Positions 45,477 through 55,500 of a stretch of DNA of 64,000 nt are shown here, in pieces (position 1 is the first letter of the stretch; each line of letters opens with the position of its first letter). Source of the stretch: a virus. The stretch lies in the IMG/VR virus record IMGVR_UViG_3300029922_000004. One strand, written 5' to 3'. The notes under the pieces were generated by a model. It did no database searches. It was not told the origin of the DNA and saw only the letters and a list, made by a program, of their open reading frames with translations. The position numbers were made by a program, and so were the translations under genes.

Positions 45477-46652
45477 ATGCAAATTCAACTAAAAAACACC
45501 CCCGAACAGTGCGAGCTTATCAAGGCGATGGGTTCTAAGAATCCCGCCGTGGCTCGTGAAGCTACCGAGGCGATTGCCGCGTTTCTCGCGCCCGTCATCA
45601 AGAAGGTCCTTATGACCGCCGGAACTGCGTCCACGATTTATCGTGACATCGAGTTCGACGAAGATAGTGACCCGTCCATTCCGTTGGATTTGTTCTACAA
45701 TGAAGGTGCTGGTTACGTGTCGGTTTGGTCGCAGAGCCAAGCTGGTGGTATGCCTACCTCACAGGTTGCTGGTATGGCCGAAATCAAATTCGGAACTTAC
45801 CGTTTGGATTCCGCCGTTTCCTTCAACAAGAAGTACGCCCGCAAAAACCGTTTGGATGTCGTTAGCAAGGCTATCGAACGTATGGTCAATGAAGTTTTGA
45901 CCAAACAGGAACGTAATGCTTGGGCTGTTATCTTGAAAGCCCTCGCTGAAGCCTATACGCCGGTTTACGCTGGTGGTCAGGCTGTTCAGACTACTTATGG
46001 TCACACAGTTGCTGGCGTGAGCGCGGGAACGTTCTTGCTCCAAGACCTGAACAACCTTATCGTTCGTATCAAACGTATGAACGAATCATACAGCGGTAAC
46101 ACTCCGATTCAGCCTTATTCGCACGGGATTACCGACCTTTATGTGTCGCCCGAAGTTAAGTCTTACATCCGTGCGTTTGCTTACAATCCTATCAACACGG
46201 CATCATCTGACTCGACTGCTATCAGCGGTCCTCGTGGCCAGTTCTTGTCCGATAATCTTCGTGATGAAATTTGGAAGAGCGCCGGTATGCAGAGCATCTA
46301 CGGTGTGAATATCGTGGAACTTATCGAATTCGGTAATAACCAGAAGTATAACGGCTTGTTCCAAGCGTTCGCCGGTTCCGGTAACAGCGCGTCACAGGTT
46401 CAGGGACAAAACAGCGGTCCTACTTGGACTAGCACGGCAACTCAGCAAATTGCAGTTGGTATCGACAATACGCGCGGTGCGTTTGTTCGTCCAGTGGCAA
46501 TTCAAGCGGAGTCGGGTGGCACGTTCTCAGTGTTGCCGGATTCGAGCTTCGAGATGTATGGTCCTAGAGTGCAGAAGATTGGGTTTTTTGGTTTTCTCGA
46601 AGAATCCAGAGCATGCCTTGATGCGCGCTCGTGCGTGGGATTGGTTCTGTGA
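45477..46652 (+). CDS. major capsid protein
   Basis: 391 aa, strongly biased codons, position after protease and decoration genes, followed by a terminator. Confidence 0.85.
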   Translation: MQIQLKNTPEQCELIKAMGSKNPAVAREATEAIAAFLAPVIKKVLMTAGTASTIYRDIEFDEDSDPSIPLDLFYNEGAGYVSVWSQSQAGGMPTSQVAGMAEIKFGTYRLDSAVSFNKKYARKNRLDVVSKAIERMVNEVLTKQERNAWAVILKALAEAYTPVYAGGQAVQTTYGHTVAGVSAGTFLLQDLNNLIVRIKRMNESYSGNTPIQPYSHGITDLYVSPEVKSYIRAFAYNPINTASSDSTAISGPRGQFLSDNLRDEIWKSAGMQSIYGVNIVELIEFGNNQKYNGLFQAFAGSGNSASQVQGQNSGPTWTSTATQQIAVGIDNTRGAFVRPVAIQAESGGTFSVLPDSSFEMYGPRVQKIGFFGFLEESRACLDARSCVGLVL

Positions 46653-46664
46653 TTTAATAATCTC

Positions 46665-46694
46665 AAAGCGAAGAAGAAATTCTTCGCTTTTTTT
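46665..46694 (+). terminator. intrinsic terminator after MCP
   Basis: AAAGCGAAGAA GAAA TTCTTCGCTTT TTTT. Confidence 0.85.
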
Positions 46695-46730
46695 CTTGAC
46701 AAAGATGGAAGAGTAGTATAAGATACTGAT

Positions 46731-47600
46731 ATGAGTGATTATATATTGTGGTCAGCGTTAGAAATTAATATACTAACAAAACATGCTGGTCAAATGAGTT
46801 TTAGGGAAATGACTAAATTCTTCAATGGACGAACCGCGTCGAGTTTACAGAAAAAAGCTCTCAAGCTTGGTCTAACGAGCAAATGGAAGGCCACTAAAAA
46901 TACAGTCAATAAACATTTTTTTGATTTGCCTAATCTATTAAACTCATATTATATGGGTCACTTCGCGGCTGATGGGTATCTTAAATTTAGAGGGGGCAGC
47001 ACAGTATATGCTCTACAAATGAATACAAAGGACATAGAAATTATAAATAATTTTAAAAGAGATTGCGAATTTAGTGGCCCAGTGAGGTCTTATCAAAGAA
47101 AAAATTACAAAAAAGAAACCATGAAAGATGTTTCTTATATGTATATCTCAAACGTAACTGAATGGAGGGAGCCTCTTAAAAATAATTTTGGTATTATCCC
47201 CAATAAAACTTTAAGAATGTCTCCACCACCCCTAATGGATGAAAAATTTAAACACGCATATTTGATTGGTTATCTTGATGGAGACGGTTCTATTTTATTC
47301 GATAAAAAACTAGACAGAATTATTATAAAATATTACAGCAGCAACCTTAATATTATGAAATGGATTCATCAAGAGCTTACGTCTATTTTAACAAAATTAA
47401 ATTATAATTCTAGATTTACAATCACTAAAATTGAAAACTGTTATAGCCTTTGCCTTTTCGGTCGACTGGGAGCGGTAGTATTTAATTATCTAAAAGATAT
47501 TGATGTTCCTAAATTAAAACGTAAATGGTATAATCCAGATACTTTAGAATGTCTTGGAAGATACAAAGTGAAATACCCCGATTTGTTCAATAAAACCTAG
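46731..47600 (+). CDS. LAGLIDADG homing endonuclease (two-motif)
   Basis: YYMGHFAADGYL and YLIGYLDGDGSI; leaderless promoter TTGACA46696-17-TAAGAT-6-ATG. Confidence 0.9.
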   Translation: MSDYILWSALEINILTKHAGQMSFREMTKFFNGRTASSLQKKALKLGLTSKWKATKNTVNKHFFDLPNLLNSYYMGHFAADGYLKFRGGSTVYALQMNTKDIEIINNFKRDCEFSGPVRSYQRKNYKKETMKDVSYMYISNVTEWREPLKNNFGIIPNKTLRMSPPPLMDEKFKHAYLIGYLDGDGSILFDKKLDRIIIKYYSSNLNIMKWIHQELTSILTKLNYNSRFTITKIENCYSLCLFGRLGAVVFNYLKDIDVPKLKRKWYNPDTLECLGRYKVKYPDLFNKT

Positions 47601-47659
47601 GTTTTTTAGATATTGTTTAAAAACTTATATTTAATTTCCCTTTTTCCACTATAATACAT

Positions 47660-48019
47660 ATGCCTAAAACATCCAAAAAGAAACCCGCCCTAAAAGACCT
47701 CGCGCAAGCCAACGCCAAAGTCCCCACGATGGAACTCACGTCCCTCGACCAGATTTGGGGGTTCAGCGAAATCTCGCGGTATGGCACGACCGACGAGGGG
47801 GAATACAAACTGAAAATTTTCGACATGACCCGCGCCGACCTCGAAAATCACGCCCGCGCCGTCGGGTGCTTGGTTTTGGAAAGTTCGGAGAGGTTGCGTA
47901 ATGAACTTCTAAAACAATTCCGCGCCTACATCCTTTCTTTGAGGAAGCCCGCGAGTCTTCCGCAGGGAAAAATCAAAGTGTCCGACGCCGCTCAAAAGGT
48001 TCTAAACGAGGGGCGTTAA
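47660..48019 (+). CDS. hypothetical head-associated protein
   Basis: 119 aa in the late operon. Confidence 0.7.
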   Translation: MPKTSKKKPALKDLAQANAKVPTMELTSLDQIWGFSEISRYGTTDEGEYKLKIFDMTRADLENHARAVGCLVLESSERLRNELLKQFRAYILSLRKPASLPQGKIKVSDAAQKVLNEGR

Positions 48020-48083
48020 TCCCCCGCCGATTAAGTGCTTTTGGATGGTCAGGGGAATCCGATTCTTGTGTAATAGGATAGAC

Positions 48084-50681
48084 ATGAAGAATTTTTTAAT
48101 ATCGTTGCTTTTAATGGTGAGTTGTTTTACTGGTCTGGCGGGAACTTGGACCTCTTATCCGACGGTGACGAATTTGACTGGGCCGGAAACTTTTTTAACT
48201 ACTACCCCGAATCCCACTAATAATCAGCAGATTTCGTATGCGAATTTGGCTTCTGAGATACAGGCTGGAGGTTCAGCCACGGCGACGGCGGCGTCTTTCC
48301 TGTCTTCATCGAACCTCACGGTTGCAGCGACGAATCAGGCGGTTCTCACAGCCAACATCTACGCAATGCTGATTTCAAACGTGCTGAACTCTAAGATTGA
48401 TTTGAACAGCGGGAACGAAACGAATTTCACCTTGAGCACAAGCAATTCAATCACGGTGGCGGGCAATGCAGCGTTGGCAAATGTCATCACGAATCAAACT
48501 CCTAACACGTTTGTCCAGACGGCGACGAATGCCTTCAACGCGGCCACGGCGACGAATGTTATCAACAACGGCAGCACGCCATCTCTGTTTGTGGCGACCG
48601 TTGCCAATGGCGGCAATGATTCAAACATTGGTTCGCAGTCGTCTCCCTTTGCAACCGTTAACCATGCTGTGTCTGTGCTGTCTGGCCTCGGCGGCTCTGG
48701 AAGCATCTATATCGGTGGCGGGAATTACACGAATCAAATCATCAATGGGTCCTTGCTGAAAAATTTTCACATCAATGCGCAGGGAAATGCTCCGGTAAAA
48801 ATCATTGAGGGCGACCCTCTGAGCACTTGGACGCTGGTGAGCGGAAATGTTTATTCATGTCCGGTTAGCGGTCAGACATCGAACGATGTTGTGACACTGA
48901 TTGGACGTGGCGACCCGACTGCGGCCAACATGGGTATGCTGTTCGAGCAGGGCACTCCGCAGGGTTTCATTGACAATAATCAGATTGTGCCGATGCAGAT
49001 TCAACCCTCTGCCAACGCGCAGAACGGATGGATTACGAACCGCAATGACAACTATGCACTCTTGTATAACACGAATCTCGTGAACCTGACAGCCAATGGC
49101 GAATGGGCTTACACCAACAGCGGAGTTGGCAATGGCGGCACGGTATATGTCGTGTTTTCGGACGGTGGTGTCCCGAACAGTCGCACCGTCTATGTCATCT
49201 CAACGAACAATTTCATCTACAACTGCACTGGTTCAAATGAAGTTCAGGTGACTGGCATTGAGGTGGATTTTGGAAATAATGATTTTGATGTTTCATCCGC
49301 CGCAAAAGCGGAGTTCAACGGCTGCAAGGCCAGTGGTGGCTATGAAGGCATCCGCGCCAATCAGACAGGGGTTTTGAACATCAACGATTCGGAGATGCAG
49401 CAGTGCTACGATTGCGCCGTGGTGACAGAATACGGAACCGTTTTCAACGGAGCAGGAATGTATGCACACGACTCGGCCCGTGAAGGTTTTGCGCAGCATT
49501 ACAAGGTCGTGGCCAAAATCACGGACAGCGTCGGGGCATTCTGCGGCATTAATGGATTTGTGGATTTCGGGTCGAGCGGGACATATAACAACATCACGAC
49601 GATTTCCAACGGGACAGGCTATTCCATTTCAGCAGCGGCGCAGGGTCTTGGTGGTTACAAGGCAACAATTTCGAACTCCAAATTTTTGGGAGACCGCGTG
49701 GCGTCCGTCGCAACGAGTGGGACTAATACATCTGTGATTGTCAAAACCAGCAACCTCATGCCTAATCATGGCACTTTCTACTGGTATTATTACGCATACG
49801 GTGTCACAAATTACGCCGAGTTCGACAATTGCATCGGCTCTGGTCTGTGCAGCTATTATCTGGTTGACCCATCTGACAGCATCGTTTTCAATGCACTCAC
49901 CAACTCCTATGCTCTTGTTTCTCGGACGAACGCCACGTTGATTTACGGGACGGGTTCGCCAACTTATGTTGGCTACGCCGACCAAAACGGAAGCTCACCC
50001 ATCATCGGCCCGCTCACAATGTCAGGAGCGCAGGATTTTTCCACAAACTTTGTCATTGCCTCTACGGCCTCGACGATTGCCTCAAACGGCGGGAACGTCT
50101 ACGCCAACAATCTGGTTGCATCGAGCATAGGTGTTGCGGCAGGGTCAACCTTCGACTACCTCAATACATACATCGGCGACACGTCAATTTCGCAATCGTC
50201 CTCGTCCACATTGCAGGATAATTTCATTGGTGGATTTAACACAGGCACATTGGGAGGAGCGACAATTCCGAGCATGGTTGGGGATTTTATTTGGGCGGGA
50301 CACAACTACGCGACTGTCACAAACTCGCACAGTTGGGTCATGTCTGATGGGACGACATCAATTAATTCACTGTCAAACAATTACGCCCACTTCTACTACC
50401 AAAACGGTTATTTCCTTGACGGCGGGGCAATCACAGGTAACGGCGGCGGGTTGACGAACTTATCCACTCATGGCTTTGTCTATCTATCACATGGCAGTAA
50501 TCAAGTATCAACAGCAGCATTTGATACAAATAATCTTCCTATTTTAACATACGTCAGCACCAATGGGGTTTCAGCGCAGATTTTCTTAAATCCTTCAAAC
50601 TGGACGCAAAATGTATCATTTACAGTGTATAGCAGCAGCAGCACCGATACAAACCCATTTGCATGGCATATCATTCGATGA
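48084..50681 (+). CDS. signal-peptide-bearing right-handed beta-helix protein (depolymerase/adhesin-like)
   Basis: MKNFLISLLLMVSCFTGLAG; GNDSNIGSQSSPFATVNHAV..SIYIGGGNY pectin-lyase-like start; GTGTAAT at 48068. Confidence 0.7.
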   Translation: MKNFLISLLLMVSCFTGLAGTWTSYPTVTNLTGPETFLTTTPNPTNNQQISYANLASEIQAGGSATATAASFLSSSNLTVAATNQAVLTANIYAMLISNVLNSKIDLNSGNETNFTLSTSNSITVAGNAALANVITNQTPNTFVQTATNAFNAATATNVINNGSTPSLFVATVANGGNDSNIGSQSSPFATVNHAVSVLSGLGGSGSIYIGGGNYTNQIINGSLLKNFHINAQGNAPVKIIEGDPLSTWTLVSGNVYSCPVSGQTSNDVVTLIGRGDPTAANMGMLFEQGTPQGFIDNNQIVPMQIQPSANAQNGWITNRNDNYALLYNTNLVNLTANGEWAYTNSGVGNGGTVYVVFSDGGVPNSRTVYVISTNNFIYNCTGSNEVQVTGIEVDFGNNDFDVSSAAKAEFNGCKASGGYEGIRANQTGVLNINDSEMQQCYDCAVVTEYGTVFNGAGMYAHDSAREGFAQHYKVVAKITDSVGAFCGINGFVDFGSSGTYNNITTISNGTGYSISAAAQGLGGYKATISNSKFLGDRVASVATSGTNTSVIVKTSNLMPNHGTFYWYYYAYGVTNYAEFDNCIGSGLCSYYLVDPSDSIVFNALTNSYALVSRTNATLIYGTGSPTYVGYADQNGSSPIIGPLTMSGAQDFSTNFVIASTASTIASNGGNVYANNLVASSIGVAAGSTFDYLNTYIGDTSISQSSSSTLQDNFIGGFNTGTLGGATIPSMVGDFIWAGHNYATVTNSHSWVMSDGTTSINSLSNNYAHFYYQNGYFLDGGAITGNGGGLTNLSTHGFVYLSHGSNQVSTAAFDTNNLPILTYVSTNGVSAQIFLNPSNWTQNVSFTVYSSSSTDTNPFAWHIIR

Positions 50682-50890
50682 AAAACCTAATCTTTGTCGG
50701 ACTACTTTGCTGTTTGTTTCTGATTGGAATATCTGTTCATGCAGGTTTTCAATCTGATAGTGCATCGTTTGGAACGGCCACAGCCTCTACTTCGTTTGAT
50801 ACAACTGGTAATAGTAAAGGCAGTAATGCTTTTACAGGCGCACACTGGCTGATTGTTACAGCAGTAGAACCTATTGTTGCTTCATGCTAA
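50678..50890 (+). CDS. small secreted protein
   Basis: ATGA overlap; signal-like MKNLIFVGLLCCLFLIGISVHA. Confidence 0.55.
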   Translation: MKNLIFVGLLCCLFLIGISVHAGFQSDSASFGTATASTSFDTTGNSKGSNAFTGAHWLIVTAVEPIVASC

Positions 50891-50968
50891 TGAATATTTA
50901 ATAGGCACGGGTATGACTGGGAAAATTGTGCAATAATAATATGCCGCTGTAATGTGTAATTACCTTAT

Positions 50969-52972
50969 ATGGCGGCATTCGATAGCAGTGTGAGGCTGAA
51001 ACAGTTAAATCAGCCAGAGGTGAGCGGATTTATCCTTCAAGTAATTCAAGGATACTTATCTAATTCGGGTTCTCCTGTAGCTGCCACGGGACTTTTAAAC
51101 GAAGTTTTTTATCCATTAGAAAATAATCCGTCAGGATATACCATTTCCGGCGCGTTTATTTCTCAATCCGACCTAGATAGCGCTACAACACAAGTACTGT
51201 CCTATGTTGCAAATAATTATTATCCTGACACAAACCCTAGCGGATACGCATCATCATTGACTGGTAGCGGAGCTTACTATCCACTCAATAGTAATCCTAG
51301 CGGATATATAACCACAGGACAAACCGGTAACTTCGGCGGTGGTAGCTTTAATACAGGGACTTTAGTCGGAACGTTCTACTTAAACTCCAATCCCTCGGGC
51401 TATATCACAGGTCTAAATACTGGCTCATTTGTCACAACAGGACAAACTGGAAGTTTTATTACAACCGGTCAAACCGGAAACTTCGGCGGCGGTAGTTTTA
51501 ACACTGGAACTTTAGTGGGAACATTTGTCAGCGTCAATGGTGCCGAAGAAATCTACGGCCAAAAAATTTTTAATCCAACAACAATTTTCAACAATGGTAT
51601 CTTGGCCTATGTAAATGGTTATCTCCAAAATTATACGGGGTCATCAACCGCCGGACAAACCACGCTAGATTGGCTAAGTCGTGTTACTTATGATTCCTCA
51701 AATAATACTTCAATAGACTGGCAAAATCGACAATTAAAAGCTGGCTCCCTGACAATAGTAGACTGGTCGAATGGAATATTAAGCGGTACTTGGCAAGCTC
51801 AAGGATTAACGATTAGCGGACATAGCGTAGTTACTGGCGGGCCATATTACTTGAACAGTAATCCGTCGGGCTATATTACAACGGGTCAAACCGGAAACTT
51901 TGGCGGCGGCAGTTTTAATACTGGGACACTTGTAGGAACGTTTTACTTGAATAGCAATCCTTCGGGTTATATTACTGGAGTAAATACTGGTTCTTTTGTT
52001 ACAACCGGACAGACAGGAAACTTCGGTTTTAACAGCGGCTCATTAGTGGGGACATTTTCTCTTAATACTGGCGTTGTTCATATAACCGGCAATGAAACGG
52101 TTTCGGGGTTAAAAACATTTGTTTCTGGAATATTTTCCGCAGGATTCAGCCAAGCAATTAAAACCCAATCATCCAATTACAACCTAACCAATCTCGACAG
52201 TTCAATTCTATTCAGTGGCAATAACCTCACGGGAACTCTTCCTTCTGCGGCGACTTATTCCGGGCAGGTTTACAACATAAAATTATTAACAGGTTCCTTG
52301 ACAATAACTGGCGCTCAAAAGATAGACAACAGCAATACTTATAATTCATTTACCACGGACAAAGGTATATCAGTCCAAAGTGACGGAACTCAATGGTGGG
52401 TGATTAATCATTCTCCAACGGGGCTTTTAACTGGAAGTTTTTATCCATTGACGGGAAATCCTAGCGGGTATATTCAGGATTTTACCAGCGGGGAATTAGA
52501 AGTATTTTGTGACGGGTCAATTGCTCTAATGCCGGGGCAGGGTTTGTTATTGGACATGGCTGGTAGTCCTATTTTAGATGGCGCGGGGAATTATATCTAT
52601 ACCCCGTCTTCTGGAAATGTCGGCATCAATAATTTAAATCCACAATATACTCTAGACGTAAGCGGCGTAGGTAATTTTACAAATGGTTTGATAGTAAGCG
52701 GGGTAAGTGTCTCAACTGGTCTCAATAATTACATTAACAACCAACAAAGTTTTATTTACAACGTTTCTACTACTGGCAATAATAGTTACTTTGTGCAGTT
52801 TCCGTTTAACTTCCCCGCCGCGCCTAGGGTAAGCCTGACTCTTGAAATAACGGGGACTTATGTTTACGCCGTAGCCGTTTCCAACAGGACAATAAGTGGA
52901 TTTACTGCTTTATTCAGCGATATAATACAAGAATCGGGGGTTAGTTTGGATGTTTTCGCATCCCTCAATTAA
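50969..52972 (+). CDS. tail fibre with NPSGY repeats and C-terminal H-type-lectin-like domain
   Basis: Repeat YPLNSNPSGYITTGQTGNFGGGSFNTGTLVGTF; C-terminus FVQFPFNFPAAPRVSLT. Confidence 0.75.
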   Translation: MAAFDSSVRLKQLNQPEVSGFILQVIQGYLSNSGSPVAATGLLNEVFYPLENNPSGYTISGAFISQSDLDSATTQVLSYVANNYYPDTNPSGYASSLTGSGAYYPLNSNPSGYITTGQTGNFGGGSFNTGTLVGTFYLNSNPSGYITGLNTGSFVTTGQTGSFITTGQTGNFGGGSFNTGTLVGTFVSVNGAEEIYGQKIFNPTTIFNNGILAYVNGYLQNYTGSSTAGQTTLDWLSRVTYDSSNNTSIDWQNRQLKAGSLTIVDWSNGILSGTWQAQGLTISGHSVVTGGPYYLNSNPSGYITTGQTGNFGGGSFNTGTLVGTFYLNSNPSGYITGVNTGSFVTTGQTGNFGFNSGSLVGTFSLNTGVVHITGNETVSGLKTFVSGIFSAGFSQAIKTQSSNYNLTNLDSSILFSGNNLTGTLPSAATYSGQVYNIKLLTGSLTITGAQKIDNSNTYNSFTTDKGISVQSDGTQWWVINHSPTGLLTGSFYPLTGNPSGYIQDFTSGELEVFCDGSIALMPGQGLLLDMAGSPILDGAGNYIYTPSSGNVGINNLNPQYTLDVSGVGNFTNGLIVSGVSVSTGLNNYINNQQSFIYNVSTTGNNSYFVQFPFNFPAAPRVSLTLEITGTYVYAVAVSNRTISGFTALFSDIIQESGVSLDVFASLN

Positions 52973-52976
52973 TCTA

Positions 52977-53050
52977 GTCAACAACATCTAGGCTAAAGCC
53001 GTAGATGCTTGTAAGTGAGAACCACCTACGATTGGCGAGTTGACTTTCGC
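52977..53050 (+). mobile_element. IS200/IS605-family (IscB/omega-RNA-like) terminal remnant
   Basis: GTCAAC..ATCTA GGCTAAAGCC GTAGAT GCTTG..GTTGAC; the GGCTAAAGCC hairpin and GTCAAC/GTTGAC closure resemble IS605/IscB ends. Confidence 0.6.
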
Positions 53051-53146
53051 CTGCCCATAATTAAAAGGATAGCGGCTACGGGAATTTTTGTGTAATAACA
53101 ATGCGTATTAGTGCGGAAAGCCGCCAGTTTGGGAAACCAACAATGT

Positions 53147-54469
53147 ATGGCACAAAGATTTAGAACTGAAACACTTATTTTAAGCGGACAGGACGTAACC
53201 GGGATATTTTATCCATTAACCGGCAATCCAAGCGGCTTTGTTTTATCTTCACAAACGGGTTCGTTTATTACCACCGGCCAGACGGGTGTTTTTGGAGCAA
53301 GCGGAAATTTTTATCCTCTCAACTCGAATCCTTCGGGGTATATAACTACGGGGCAAACTGGAAACTTTGGCGGCGGCAGTTTTAATACTGGCACGTTGGT
53401 AGGAACTTTCTACTTAAACTCCAACCCTTCTGGATATATAACGGGCGTAAATACCGGTTCATTTATTACTACTGGACAAACCGGCGCTTTCTACCCGCTA
53501 GGATTCAACCCGTCAGGATACATTACCGGCGAAGCTCTTTTTACAGCGAATAGTGGAAGCTATGTAACGATTACGCAAAGTGGGTTATTGACGGGTTCAT
53601 TTTATCCGCTTACAGGAAATCCAAGCGGATTTATTCTACCCTCTCAAACCGGTGGGTTTATTACAACCGGTCAGACTGGAGCATTTTATCCTTTAGGATT
53701 TAATCCCAGCGGTTACATCACCACTGGACAGACAGGAAATTTTGGCGGCGGCAGTTTTAATACTGGCACGTTGGTTGGAACGTTTTACTTAAACTCTAAT
53801 CCATCGGGTTATATAACAGGTTTAAATACCGGTTCATTTATTACTACTGGACAAACCGGCGCTTTCTACCCACTAGGATTCAATCCGTCTGGATATATTA
53901 CCACAGGGCAGACTGGGAATTTCGGGGGTGGCTCTTTTAACACGGGAACTCTGGTGGGAACTTTTGCCCAACTTAATACTAATCAAGCGGGGAATTTAAA
54001 TATCAGTGGTTCTGGAAATTTTATTAGCGGGCTTTATCTAAGTGGGAATCAGGTCGTCACAGGTGGGCCATATTATCTTAATTCCAATCCTTCGGGATAT
54101 ATCACTACGGGACAGACCGGCGCATTCGGAGGCGGGGGGGTTACTAATCCAGCATGGGGAAATTTAACTTTTGGGGCGACAACCACATGGAATACGGCAA
54201 GTAATGTCTGCGAAGATAAACAGAGATTGACTTTAACTGGCTCTTCCACTTTGGCCATTTCCGGTTTATACAATGGATGGGCTGGTCTTCTTCAAACAAT
54301 ACAATCGGGCAGTGGATATAATCTTACTTTGCCTTCTGGAACCAAGGTAGCCTACAATGGTTCTGGCGTTATTTCTTTAACAACTGGAATTTCAGGGGCA
54401 AGAGATATGGTTAGCTTCGTTTATGACGGAACTTATTTGTTCGCTAATATAGCCAATTATTTTAACTAA
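53147..54469 (+). CDS. fibre protein with NPSGY repeats
   Basis: Same repeat family as 50969; C-terminus DMVSFVYDGTYLFA. Confidence 0.75.
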   Translation: MAQRFRTETLILSGQDVTGIFYPLTGNPSGFVLSSQTGSFITTGQTGVFGASGNFYPLNSNPSGYITTGQTGNFGGGSFNTGTLVGTFYLNSNPSGYITGVNTGSFITTGQTGAFYPLGFNPSGYITGEALFTANSGSYVTITQSGLLTGSFYPLTGNPSGFILPSQTGGFITTGQTGAFYPLGFNPSGYITTGQTGNFGGGSFNTGTLVGTFYLNSNPSGYITGLNTGSFITTGQTGAFYPLGFNPSGYITTGQTGNFGGGSFNTGTLVGTFAQLNTNQAGNLNISGSGNFISGLYLSGNQVVTGGPYYLNSNPSGYITTGQTGAFGGGGVTNPAWGNLTFGATTTWNTASNVCEDKQRLTLTGSSTLAISGLYNGWAGLLQTIQSGSGYNLTLPSGTKVAYNGSGVISLTTGISGARDMVSFVYDGTYLFANIANYFN

Positions 54470-55137
54470 TGAGTACCTTTAGAAACATGGTCAAGCCACC
54501 AGTCACCAACGGTTTAATTTTGTGGTGGAGATTTAATGAATTATCCGGGACAATCTTACAGGATTCTTCTGGATATGGAAATATAGGGACATTAACAAAC
54601 GGTGCGACTTGGGTTAAAGGACCCTTTTATGGCAATGCACTCAATCTAAATGGAAGCAATCAAAATATTACCACTAATTTTAATATATCAAATAAATTAT
54701 CAAATAATTTTACTATAAATATTTGGGTAAATGTTTTGAATAATCAATCAAGTGGAACTGGGGCTTTTTTATGGTCTGCTTCTGTCTCTGGAGGAACCCG
54801 TTTCTATCTTGCTATACCAGACTCGACCGCCCTAACAAGTTCAAAAATAGGATTAAGTTCTTGGAATCCCATAGAAGCTAACACAATAAATCTAAATACT
54901 TGGAATATGTGGACCATTATTCTCTCTGGAGCAAATGGTTATTTTTATTTAAATGGCGCATTGAAAGATTCTCAAACTGGAATAACTGTATCTTTACCTA
55001 ACACTACTCTCTCAGTGGGACAACAAGCTGCTGGCTCGGAAGTGGGCTTCTTTAATGGTAATATCAACAATTTTCGTATATATAACCGCGCTTTATCAAC
55101 CTCTGAAATTTCAACGCTTTATCATGCTGGTGAGTAA
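54469..55137 (+). CDS. LamG/concanavalin A-like lectin domain protein
   Basis: GLILWWRFNE..DSSGYGNIGT..WNMWTI..YLNG..FFNGNINNFRIYNRALS. Confidence 0.85.
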   Translation: MSTFRNMVKPPVTNGLILWWRFNELSGTILQDSSGYGNIGTLTNGATWVKGPFYGNALNLNGSNQNITTNFNISNKLSNNFTINIWVNVLNNQSSGTGAFLWSASVSGGTRFYLAIPDSTALTSSKIGLSSWNPIEANTINLNTWNMWTIILSGANGYFYLNGALKDSQTGITVSLPNTTLSVGQQAAGSEVGFFNGNINNFRIYNRALSTSEISTLYHAGE

Positions 55138-55154
55138 ATAGTGTAATATATGTT

Positions 55155-55499
55155 ATGCCAGTCCAATACAATTTTGCCGTTTCTCAGGGTTCCGACATAA
55201 ACTTTTCGCTTATAGCGTCGGGTTCTTCTGGTTTGCCCCTTAATCTATCTGGATGTTCGGCGGTAGCGGGAGTAAAATATGGGTATGCTTCAACTGGATA
55301 TTTGATAAATCTGAATCCCCAAATAGATTCGAGTCTGGTTAGTGGCATTATCAATATTTATGTATCCGGCGTCTTAACGACTGGGACCCCCATAACCAAG
55401 GCTGTTTGGGATTTAGATATTATCAATACCGGGTCGGGGACTAATACGAAAGCGTTTTACGGTTATTGCGAAATTTACCCCCAAATATCTCTATTTTAA
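55155..55499 (+). CDS. BppU-like baseplate/adaptor small protein
   Basis: SQGSDINF..PLNLSG..GIINI..AVWDLDI..FYGYCEI. Confidence 0.65.
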   Translation: MPVQYNFAVSQGSDINFSLIASGSSGLPLNLSGCSAVAGVKYGYASTGYLINLNPQIDSSLVSGIINIYVSGVLTTGTPITKAVWDLDIINTGSGTNTKAFYGYCEIYPQISLF

Positions 55500-55500
55500 C

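Noticed and set aside
50969-54469. Diversity-generating retroelement (TR/VR)
   Set aside because: The repeats are in-frame coding duplications that are not limited to adenine differences; no reverse transcriptase in the window
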